DNA of 32,000 nucleotides from contig NZ_SNUY01000007.1 of the NCBI RefSeq assembly GCF_004376175.1, positions 31,213 through 63,212 on the forward strand. Direction: 5' to 3'. The first letter of the stretch is position 1. Each line of letters starts with the position of its first letter. Below are positions 24,302 through 30,858 of the stretch, piece after piece. Both the position numbers and the translations under genes were made by a program. The DNA is from Halalkalibacterium halodurans. GTDB lineage: Bacteria > Bacillota > Bacilli > Bacillales > Bacillaceae_D. The notes under the pieces were generated by a model. The model was not told the origin of the DNA. It searched no databases and saw nothing but the letters and a program-made list of their open reading frames with translations.

Positions 24302-25288
24302 TCACACTCTGTTTATTTGGTCTTTCAATAATGATTGTACGTCTTCAAGTCTCGGTAACGCGGAAATCGCCCCTCTTCTTGTAGCCGTTAACGCCCCGCA
24401 AACATTGGCAAACGTTAAAAGCATCTCAAGCAAGTCTGGATCGCTTAGAATGTCTTGCAACAGCTCATACTTGAGCAACGGGGCAAGTCTATAAAGAAAT
24501 CCGCCCACAAAAGCATCTCCTGCTCCCGTCGTATCGACCGCTTTCACCTTGATGGCTGTCATATAGCCTGAGCTTGTTTTCGTGTAATACGCGCAGCCAG
24601 CTTCTCCCTTTGTCACGAGCACGAGCTTGACCGAGCCTATGAACAAGGATTTGGCGGCAGTGAGTTCTTCCTCATCGCCAGTTAAGAAGGCCAGCTCCTC
24701 TTCACTTAGTTTTAAAATGTCTACATTGGGAACCTGCCCGAGAATGGCCTCCCTTGCTTGCTGTTCATCTCCCCATAACGGCAGCCGGATGTTCGGATCA
24801 AAGCTAATGATCATCTCGTTTTGCTTCGCGTAGTGTATGGCTTGAAGTGTCGCCTCTCTCACCGGATTGGTAATGAGCGAAATTGAGCCAAAATGAAAGA
24901 TAGCCGCACGTTTAAACCACTCTTCTTGTAAATCAGTAGGTTTGAACAGCATATCGGCTGACGGCTCACGGTAAAAGAGAAAATCCCGTTCACCATCATT
25001 GTCTAAGGATACGAAGGCGAGAGCGGTCTTCGCCTCTGTTGTTTGCAAAAGGGGTTTTGTGTCCACCCCTTTTTTGCGAAGCGTCTCGATTAAAAAGTCA
25101 CCAAATGGGTCGGCCCCTACCTTTCCAATCATGGATACGTGACCGCCGAGATGAGCGATCGCTGCACTCACATTAGCAGGGGCACCGCCTGCCTCTTTTT
25201 GAAACTGATGAACATCCTTTAATTTGTCTCCGTTTTTTAACGGGACAAAATCGATTAATAGCTCGCCAAAGCACAGTATATCCGCCAT
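24302..25288 (-). CDS. PfkB-family fructokinase
   Basis: The N-terminal motif reads FGELLIDFVP...GGAPANVSAAIAHLGG. The C-terminal PfkB signature reads DTTGAGDAFVGGFLY. ATG 25288 has GAGG 7 nt upstream. Its position next to GH32 genes fits phosphorylation of released fructose. Confidence 0.85.
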   Translation of the reverse strand: MADILCFGELLIDFVPLKNGDKLKDVHQFQKEAGGAPANVSAAIAHLGGHVSMIGKVGADPFGDFLIETLRKKGVDTKPLLQTTEAKTALAFVSLDNDGERDFLFYREPSADMLFKPTDLQEEWFKRAAIFHFGSISLITNPVREATLQAIHYAKQNEMIISFDPNIRLPLWGDEQQAREAILGQVPNVDILKLSEEELAFLTGDEEELTAAKSLFIGSVKLVLVTKGEAGCAYYTKTSSGYMTAIKVKAVDTTGAGDAFVGGFLYRLAPLLKYELLQDILSDPDLLEMLLTFANVCGALTATRRGAISALPRLEDVQSLLKDQINRV

Positions 25289-25312
25289 GATCACACCTCG
25301 TCAGTTTAATTT

Positions 25313-25332
25313 AAACGTTTACGTAATCGATT
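25313..25332. promoter_or_regulatory. 20-bp palindromic operator copy 2 (AAACGTTTACGTAATCGATT) upstream of the fructokinase/GH32/ABC operon
   Basis: It is the inverted-orientation match of the box at 22755-22774. It lies 24 nt upstream of ATG 25288 and overlaps weak -35/-10-like hexamers on the minus strand (TGACGT ... TTTAAA). Confidence 0.6.
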
Positions 25333-25361
25333 ACGTCATGAGCATAGGAGATCGCTCTCCA

Positions 25362-26369
25362 CTACACAGAGTCACGTGAAATCAATTGGGTCGGCAGTAA
25401 GATCGACTTTTTATCTGATCGCTTCTGATGCCCTTTCTCGATCCGCTCCAATAAAACATGGACCGCCTTCTCCCCTATTTCATAGGATGGCTGCTCGACG
25501 ACGGATAGTGGTGGGGTCGTAATTTTCATCCAATCATAATTATCAAAGCCGATAATCGCGATTTCTTCTGGGATGTTGATCTGATGTTCATTGATGTACC
25601 GCAATGCTCCCATCGTCATTACATTATTCGACACAAACAAGGCCGTAACCTGCTCCTCTGAGATTAATTTCTTGGCCAAATTGTACCCTTCCTGAAAATT
25701 AGGATGACCTTCTTTAATAAAAGTTGGCTTTACTTCCAAATGATAGCGTTCATGGGCTTCCTTATACCCTCGCAACCGTTCATCACTCGTTGTAATCCCT
25801 AAATAGCCTGAAATAAAGCCAATTCGCTCGTGCCCTTTCTTAATGAGTGTTTCAATCGCTTGGAACGTGCCTTGATACCCATCGGCCATCACCAGATCGC
25901 CGTCATAGCCCTGCGGTTTCCGGTCGATAAAGACGACGGGGTAATCCCCGGAAAAAACGCCGTCATACTGAGAGATGTCGGAAGCCGTCGGTGCAATGAT
26001 GAGTCCATCAATTAACTGGGTATTAAAAAGTTTAATTTGCTCAAGCTCCGTCTGCAGATCTTCATGGGAATTCCCTAAAATGAGGTTATAGCCTTTCTGT
26101 TTCACAATTGTTTCAATCCCATTTGCGATCGACATAAAAAAGAAATTTGACGTGTCCATATGCAGCATCGGCACGATTAGCCCGATCGTCATAGATTTCC
26201 GACTGCGCAAGCTTTTCGCGACTAAGTTTGGCTTATAGTCTAGCTCCTTCATCGCTTGAAAGACTTTCACCTTCGTTGATTCTGATACAAACCTCGTCTC
26301 ATTAATCACATGAGAGACGGTTGCGGTTGACACATTTGCTTTTTTTGCCACATCCTTAATACTCGCCAT
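25362..26369 (-). CDS. LacI/GalR-family transcriptional regulator
   Basis: The N-terminal HTH reads MASIKDVAKKANVSTATVSHVINETRFVSESTKVKVFQAMKELDYKPNLVAKSLRS. A periplasmic-binding-protein-like sugar-binding core follows. GAGGAG lies upstream of the ATG. Confidence 0.92.
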   Translation of the reverse strand: MASIKDVAKKANVSTATVSHVINETRFVSESTKVKVFQAMKELDYKPNLVAKSLRSRKSMTIGLIVPMLHMDTSNFFFMSIANGIETIVKQKGYNLILGNSHEDLQTELEQIKLFNTQLIDGLIIAPTASDISQYDGVFSGDYPVVFIDRKPQGYDGDLVMADGYQGTFQAIETLIKKGHERIGFISGYLGITTSDERLRGYKEAHERYHLEVKPTFIKEGHPNFQEGYNLAKKLISEEQVTALFVSNNVMTMGALRYINEHQINIPEEIAIIGFDNYDWMKITTPPLSVVEQPSYEIGEKAVHVLLERIEKGHQKRSDKKSILLPTQLISRDSV

Positions 26370-26382
26370 AAGTTCTCCTCTT

Positions 26383-26396
26383 TCGAAGCGCTTTCA
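26383..26396 (-). promoter_or_regulatory. cre-like box in the 5' UTR of the LacI-family regulator gene
   Basis: The minus strand reads TGAAAGCGCTTCGA, matching TGWAANCGNTNWCA at 12/14 positions with the central CG intact. It lies 14 nt upstream of ATG 26369. Confidence 0.4.
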
Positions 26397-26405
26397 TCAT
26401 TGATT

Positions 26406-26425
26406 TAAATACTACGTAATCGTTT
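26406..26425. promoter_or_regulatory. 20-bp operator copy 1 (AAACGATTACGTAGTATTTA on the minus strand) between the promoter and RBS of the regulator gene
   Basis: One half-site is perfect (AAACGATTAC) and the other is degenerate, around the same TACGTA centre. It is flanked by ATTTAAA/TTTAAAT as at the other two copies. It lies just downstream of the putative -10. Confidence 0.5.
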
Positions 26426-26433
26426 AAATGAAG

Positions 26434-26460
26434 CTTATAATATTCCGAACTTTTTGTCAA
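26434..26460 (-). promoter_or_regulatory. Putative sigma-A promoter of the LacI-family regulator gene
   Basis: On the minus strand, TTGACA (26460-26455) is followed by a 15-nt spacer and TATAAG (26439-26434). The spacer is shorter than optimal. Confidence 0.35.
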
Positions 26461-26535
26461 TGGAGGAATAAAAATAATCAGAAAACCCTTTGCCCTTATT
26501 TAGTTAAGTTTTTGTATCCGTTTCTCTTTTTCTTG

Positions 26536-26874
26536 CTAAAGCTCATTCACTTTATTTAAGTAAGGAACCACCCAATAATCTGCCACTCGATCAACCTCTC
26601 TTTTCTCCATAAACAATATTTCATTAGTCTCTTGATTTCTTGAATATAGATAAATATGATCTTGATCATAAGTATAATAAACCCCTACACGCGGAAAGCC
26701 CTTTTTATATACATAAGGGGCTACAATTTCAGATTCAGTCACACCTTCACTTTCCATTACATGTTCAACTACATCTTGTGTAAGATGATTATACATAATC
26801 ATGTTTGGAATAAAGAAAGCGCCGGCTAACAGCAAAATTATGAATACAAACAAAAACCACCATTTTCCCTTCAC
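26536..26874 (-). CDS. Small N-terminally anchored membrane protein of unknown function
   Basis: The GTG start has GGAGG 6 nt upstream and overlaps the NUDIX stop by 1 nt (TAGTG). A single TM helix (WWFLFVFIILLLAGAFFIP) is followed by a ~85-aa soluble domain. Confidence 0.7.
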   Translation of the reverse strand: MKGKWWFLFVFIILLLAGAFFIPNMIMYNHLTQDVVEHVMESEGVTESEIVAPYVYKKGFPRVGVYYTYDQDHIYLYSRNQETNEILFMEKREVDRVADYWVVPYLNKVNEL

Positions 26875-27308
26875 TAGGAACCTCCTACTTTAGTGACCAC
26901 TTTCCCTCTCGGCAAGTAAGGAACGATGGAAGGCTGATTGATCAGACCGTTCATCTCACTTGAAAAGTGTATGTACTCCTCTGCTTTTTCTCGAGCCATC
27001 CACGTAATCTCTTCAATTTCTTCTGGAATTGAAATGTTCAGCTGTCCACCGATGATAGTTCCTTGAAACATAAAGAAAATTACGTGGTGCTGACTCTCCT
27101 CGAAAAAAACTTCACTGATGGAAAAGGTCCCACCCACTTCCACGTCAAGTCCGGTTTCCTCTTTCACTTCCCGAATCGCGGCTTTTTCCAAGGTTTCACC
27201 CGGTTCCACCATTCCACCTGGAAGCGTGTAATAAGAATCGGCTTTTCCTTTGTTTTTCACCATAAGTACGTTCTCTTTCTTTTCATCAAAAAGCAGCACA
27301 TAGGCCAC
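26874..27308 (-). CDS. NUDIX hydrolase
   Basis: The Nudix box reads GGMVEPGETLEKAAIREVKEETGL (GX5EX7REUXEEXGU). The ORF as drawn starts at GTG 27308, which has no SD of its own. See the finding on the in-frame TGA. Confidence 0.85.
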   Translation of the reverse strand: MAYVLLFDEKKENVLMVKNKGKADSYYTLPGGMVEPGETLEKAAIREVKEETGLDVEVGGTFSISEVFFEESQHHVIFFMFQGTIIGGQLNISIPEEIEEITWMAREKAEEYIHFSSEMNGLINQPSIVPYLPRGKVVTKVGGS

Positions 27309-27407
27309 ATCTACTCATTTCATCGGCAATCCTCCTTTGTTTAATCCCCTCTTAAAGCGGTGACGTTCTACTATTGTTGCTTCTACCTTAGCAAAATCTT
27401 CTTGTAG

Positions 27408-27584
27408 TTATGATTTTAAAGCTGTCGTTTTTCCCATGTCCGTGCCCGAAAGGCTCATCGAACGAATAGAGACGAGAAAAACGATTCCGACAAGGACCTC
27501 GAAAAATCCAGTAACCACGGGTACGTATTTCAGCCCAAAACCTGAAATAATAAGACCTGTCAAAAAGGCTCCTAGCTGCTTCAC
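27408..27584 (-). CDS. Possible 58-aa two-TM membrane protein (below the ORF-track cutoff)
   Basis: GTG 27584 follows GAGAGGA. The translation VKQLGAFLTGLIISGFGLKYVPVVTGFFEVLVGIVFLVSIRSMSLSGTDMGKTTALKS is far more protein-like than the overlapping 66-aa track ORF (27388..27588), which is Arg/Phe-rich with no SD spacing. Confidence 0.4.
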   Translation of the reverse strand: MKQLGAFLTGLIISGFGLKYVPVVTGFFEVLVGIVFLVSIRSMSLSGTDMGKTTALKS

Positions 27585-27611
27585 TCATCCTCTCTCATTC
27601 TAGCATAGACA

Positions 27612-27640
27612 TTGTCACATTGTGGTATTTTCGTTAAGAT
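27612..27640 (+). promoter_or_regulatory. Putative sigma-A promoter for the nucleotidyltransferase/DUF2332 unit
   Basis: TTGTCA (27612-27617) is followed by a 17-nt spacer and TAAGAT (27635-27640). AAAAGGAG and the TTG start at 27664 follow. Confidence 0.5.
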
Positions 27641-27663
27641 GAGGGTAAAAAGGAGCGGATCGG

Positions 27664-28463
27664 TTGACCATTATCAAAAACATTGGGCGTTACTGTCCAA
27701 CAGATAAGCAAGGGTTTATCTTAAATGACGCGAGTGTAGCCAAGATTCAACCTGAACACATGACGCTCATCGAGGATGTGGTAGAAGACTATCGGCTACA
27801 TATGGGGGATCACATCCATAGTCTCTATATTAGAGGTTCCATTCCTCGTGGTTTAGGGATATACGGAGTGTCTGATTTGGATACTCTTGCTGTTACCCAT
27901 GTCGCCCCGGGGTCATTAGATTTACGATGGGTAGAGGAGGCGGAAAGAATACGGAATCATCAATATCAAGGTGTAAACGGAATAGAGTTCAGTTTTTATA
28001 GCTTAAAAGATCTATTAAACAAGACTATAGCATTTGTGTATACGGCGATGATTTAGCGAACCATCTACCATCCTTTAAAGCCGATAAGGCACTCGGAAAT
28101 GAACACCTTTTGCCGTTAAAACAGCAAATCATTCGAGCAAAAGAAGACCTTTTGGATAATGAAGATCGTGCAGATATTATTGATTGTTGCATCTGGATTA
28201 TGAAGCTCATCGTTCGAGCTGGACTCGCACTAGTCATCGAGAAAGAGCACCGTTACACAAGAGACTTATACCCAGCGTATCAAATCTTTGCTAAACATTA
28301 TCATGAGAAAGGAGCTGAGATGAAACAAGCCTTACAATACGCGATTGCCCCAGTCGACAATCCTAAGGAAATCAGCCGATTTTTAGAACACTTCGGCAGC
28401 TGGATGATAGAAGAGTCTGAGAAATGGCTAGAGGTTCACAACCCTACTAGATTGAAACATTAG
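27664..28463 (+). pseudogene. Nucleotidyltransferase-fold protein (AadA/ANT-like NTase plus helical C-terminal domain), split by a frameshift
   Basis: The N-terminal ORF (frame 1) carries the NTase motif YIRGSIPRGLGIYGVSDLDTLAV and ends at 28056. Frame 3 is open from 28002 and reads ...QDYSICVYGDDLANHLPSFKADKALGNEHLLPLKQQIIRAKEDL..., continuing into the 28110..28463 ORF. A +/-1 shift near 28005-28035 would restore one ~265-aa protein. Confidence 0.65.
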
Positions 28464-28485
28464 AAGAATGCGGGGGATGATTGAG

Positions 28486-29514
28486 ATGGATACAAACCGC
28501 CTATCCGCGTGGTTCAACACGTTTGCAAAAGCTGAATGTGCATGTTCGAGTGACCTTTACGAATATTTGTCGCTCAAAATCGCGGAGGATCATGACTTAC
28601 TGGCATTGAGTTCGAATGCGAAAGAAGGACAGCCTGTCCCGAATTTATTTTTTGGCGTGATTCATTTCCTTCTCCTTAACGGGGTGGAACACCCATTATG
28701 CGAGTTTTACCCTAGCATCGTTGAGAAACCACAACCACCTCAAAAAAGCTTTCCGTACTTCAAGAGCTTTTGTTTAACCTATAAAGATCAATTGATTTCA
28801 CTCTTAAACGAAAGAAAAGTACAGACAAATGAAGTGAGGCGTTGTGGCTATTTATATCCGACTTTCTTCTATATTTATGAGAAGGTGAAAAAGCCATTAG
28901 CATTGATTGAAATCGGAACGAGTGCAGGATTTCAGCTATTATGGGATCATTACTCCTACTCTTATCATGCGGATGAGCGGTATGGAAATCATCATTCGGC
29001 GGTACACATTTTCTCAGAAATAAAAGGGAAAAACATGCCCCCTCTTCCCAACGTGAGTCCTCCTGTTACGTATCGATATGGACTGGATTTACACATCAAT
29101 GATTTATCAAAAACAGAGGATACCTTATGGCTAAAAGCGTTAATCTGGCCGGAGCATCAAGAAAGGCGGGCGTTATTCGAACAGGCTTCCGGCTACGTAA
29201 ACAAGCATCAAGATGACCTTCACCTCATTGAAGGTGATGGAGTAGAACACCTCCCTCGGATTGTCGAGCACATTCCGAATGATTCGGCTATCTGTATTTT
29301 CCATACTCACGTAGCGAATCAAATGCCCCTAGATAAAAAACAAGCATTATTAGCGATCGTTAAAAAGATCGGGAAGAACCGGGATGTGTTTCATCTTTAT
29401 AACAACATCTGGGACGGAGATCTCCACCTTGACTCCTTCATCTACGGAAAGGAAGATAACGAAATCATTGCCCAAACTGACGGTCATGGAAGATGGTTTA
29501 AATGGCTAGCCTAA
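28486..29514 (+). CDS. DUF2332-family protein
   Basis: The N-terminal pattern LSAWFNTFAKAECACSSDLYEYLSLKIAEDHDLLALSSNAKEGQPVPNLFFGVIHFLLLNGVEHPLCEFYPS matches my recollection of the DUF2332 signature (FA..EA...SPLY..L...IA.D..LL.L......QP.PNL...AVHYLLL.G..HPL). The start is ATG 28486, with GGGGGA 8 nt upstream; ATG 28468 and 28477 are alternatives. Confidence 0.7.
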   Translation: MDTNRLSAWFNTFAKAECACSSDLYEYLSLKIAEDHDLLALSSNAKEGQPVPNLFFGVIHFLLLNGVEHPLCEFYPSIVEKPQPPQKSFPYFKSFCLTYKDQLISLLNERKVQTNEVRRCGYLYPTFFYIYEKVKKPLALIEIGTSAGFQLLWDHYSYSYHADERYGNHHSAVHIFSEIKGKNMPPLPNVSPPVTYRYGLDLHINDLSKTEDTLWLKALIWPEHQERRALFEQASGYVNKHQDDLHLIEGDGVEHLPRIVEHIPNDSAICIFHTHVANQMPLDKKQALLAIVKKIGKNRDVFHLYNNIWDGDLHLDSFIYGKEDNEIIAQTDGHGRWFKWLA

Positions 29515-29732
29515 CGATAGGAATGTCCAAGAATTCACCTCGGTTACTTGAATTTTCAAGAGTTCTAGAATCGAAAAACAACGATCACTTCTTGAACCTT
29601 TGAGAAGCCCGGACATATGCAGAGGAATGTTTGAAGAATATGCGTATCATTAGAGGATGGAAGACAGCTATAGTAAGGGCTCTGGATCAGGCTAAAGCAT
29701 AAATTGACTAGACTCTATTTGAAGCAAGATAA

Positions 29733-29769
29733 AAACAAAGACCCCCGCAATGAAATAGCGGGGGCGCAA
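29733..29769 (-). terminator. 37-bp terminator repeat, copy A (terminates the 108-aa gene)
   Basis: The minus strand reads TTGCGCCCCCGC-tatttcatt-GCGGGGGTC-TTTGTTT (7-bp G/C stem plus U-tract). It is identical over 37 bp to 30586-30622. Confidence 0.75.
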
Positions 29770-29826
29770 CGGAACAACGTTTAATTGAGATGCAAACAAC
29801 ATAATCTCACCGAAACTGGTACGTGT

Positions 29827-30153
29827 TTAATCCCCTTGATTAAACTCTTTTGTAACGGAGATTCCAAGCTTGCTTAATTCCTTATGAATCATATGGCTAT
29901 CTTCAATCCCTTGGCGATATGCAAACTCTTGCATTAATCCTCCTGCGTAAGTCCAAGCTGCTTCTAAGTCATCAAGAAGCCTTTTCTGCTTTTCAGTCGT
30001 TAAGGAGTCTCTTAATAGCTCAAATATACTTGACTTTTTCGCATCAACTGAGATGTATTCTGGATCGCTCATTGCTTTTTCTCGCGCCATTTGATGGATA
30101 CGTTCTTCCATGATCCCGATAAATGCTTTTTCAACAACCGTTCTCTTAATCAT
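29827..30153 (-). CDS. Hypothetical 108-aa helical protein (mobile-element-associated type)
   Basis: GGAGG lies 7 nt before ATG 30153, and a possible promoter (TTTACA-17-TTATAG) lies upstream. The protein is helical, charged and has no TM segment. It lies downstream of a ribbon-helix-helix gene and is followed by terminator copy A. I do not confidently recognise a family. Confidence 0.65.
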   Translation of the reverse strand: MIKRTVVEKAFIGIMEERIHQMAREKAMSDPEYISVDAKKSSIFELLRDSLTTEKQKRLLDDLEAAWTYAGGLMQEFAYRQGIEDSHMIHKELSKLGISVTKEFNQGD

Positions 30154-30288
30154 AGCAATCCTCCAATATTTCCCTTTACCAACGGAGAACTCCCTTGCTA
30201 TAATAATAACAGCACACTCCTGTAAAGGGTTTGTGTGATGGGGAATCCGTTGTCTCTGTGGTAGGGGAGACGGGTTCCCTAATTGCGT

Positions 30289-30432
30289 TCATTTAGAAGG
30301 CTTCTCCAAGTCTTGCTTAATAAGTGAAACAATGTAGTCTTGCATTGTTGTTCCTTCTGTAATTGTTTTAATTTTGACTTCTTTATGCAACTCGTCATCA
30401 AGCCTTAGTGTAATTGTTTTTATGTTTTTCAC
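30289..30432 (-). CDS. Ribbon-helix-helix (CopG/Arc/MetJ-like) DNA-binding protein, 47 aa (below the ORF-track cutoff)
   Basis: The translation VKNIKTITLRLDDELHKEVKIKTITEGTTMQDYIVSLIKQDLEKPSK has the RHH pattern: the beta-strand TITLRLDDEL, then two helices. GGGAGG overlaps the GTG, so the exact start codon is uncertain. An inverted-repeat operator lies just upstream. Confidence 0.6.
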   Translation of the reverse strand: MKNIKTITLRLDDELHKEVKIKTITEGTTMQDYIVSLIKQDLEKPSK

Positions 30433-30452
30433 CTCCCTACTGCTTCCAGTTT

Positions 30453-30486
30453 AACATTCAAACATTCTATCAGTCAAGAATGTTTG
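30453..30486. promoter_or_regulatory. Candidate RHH operator overlapping a -35 box
   Basis: CAAACATTC (30459-30467) and GAATGTTTG (30478-30486) form a perfect 9-bp inverted repeat. An additional direct AACATTC lies at 30453-30459. On the minus strand, TTGACT sits in the 10-nt spacer. Confidence 0.45.
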
Positions 30487-30585
30487 AGGTATAATTTTCT
30501 AATTTTCTTCTTTAGCTTTTTGGGTTCTCCTTTCAATACTCCTCTATCTAGTTTTCCAGCAAATAAATTGCTTAGAAAGGTAGAG

Positions 30586-30622
30586 AAACAAAGACCCCCG
30601 CAATGAAATAGCGGGGGCGCAA
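30586..30622 (-). terminator. 37-bp terminator repeat, copy B (downstream of the 24-aa mini-ORF)
   Basis: It is identical to 29733-29769 and has the same minus-strand hairpin plus U-tract. It lies 45 nt after the mini-ORF stop. Confidence 0.75.
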
Positions 30623-30667
30623 TAGATCTTACAGCTCATGTTCAATGTCTTTGTTAAACAAGTGATA

Positions 30668-30742
30668 TTAGCCAAACATGAATAAAAAGAAGCCTGCCCC
30701 TAGTATCATTAAACTAACAACCGTCAAAGACGCTAGGGTCAT
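30668..30742 (-). CDS. Possible 24-aa hydrophobic peptide (MTLASLTVVSLMILGAGFFLFMFG)
   Basis: It has an ATG start, a single uncharged TM-like segment and an intrinsic terminator 45 nt downstream. The SD is weak or distant (AAAGGA 13 nt upstream). It lies between the IS3 left end and terminator copy B. Confidence 0.25.
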   Translation of the reverse strand: MTLASLTVVSLMILGAGFFLFMFG

Positions 30743-30858
30743 CGAAACAGTATAATCCTTTTTTGCATAAGTTATAATTTGAATAGGTTACACTTAGTTG
30801 GACAGTTTCGTTAAGGTCATATACACTTGATTCAAATAAACTCTGAGGAGAATCAAAC

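Noticed and set aside
27388-27588. The 66-aa ORF from the six-frame track.
   Set aside because: Its composition (R/F/W/Y-rich) and an ATG directly abutting the SD make it implausible. The overlapping 58-aa membrane-protein frame is preferred (see features and findings).
29733-30622. The two 37-bp identical repeats as a CRISPR array.
   Set aside because: There are only two copies, separated by 853 bp of coding DNA. Each is a hairpin plus U-tract terminator, and no cas genes are present.
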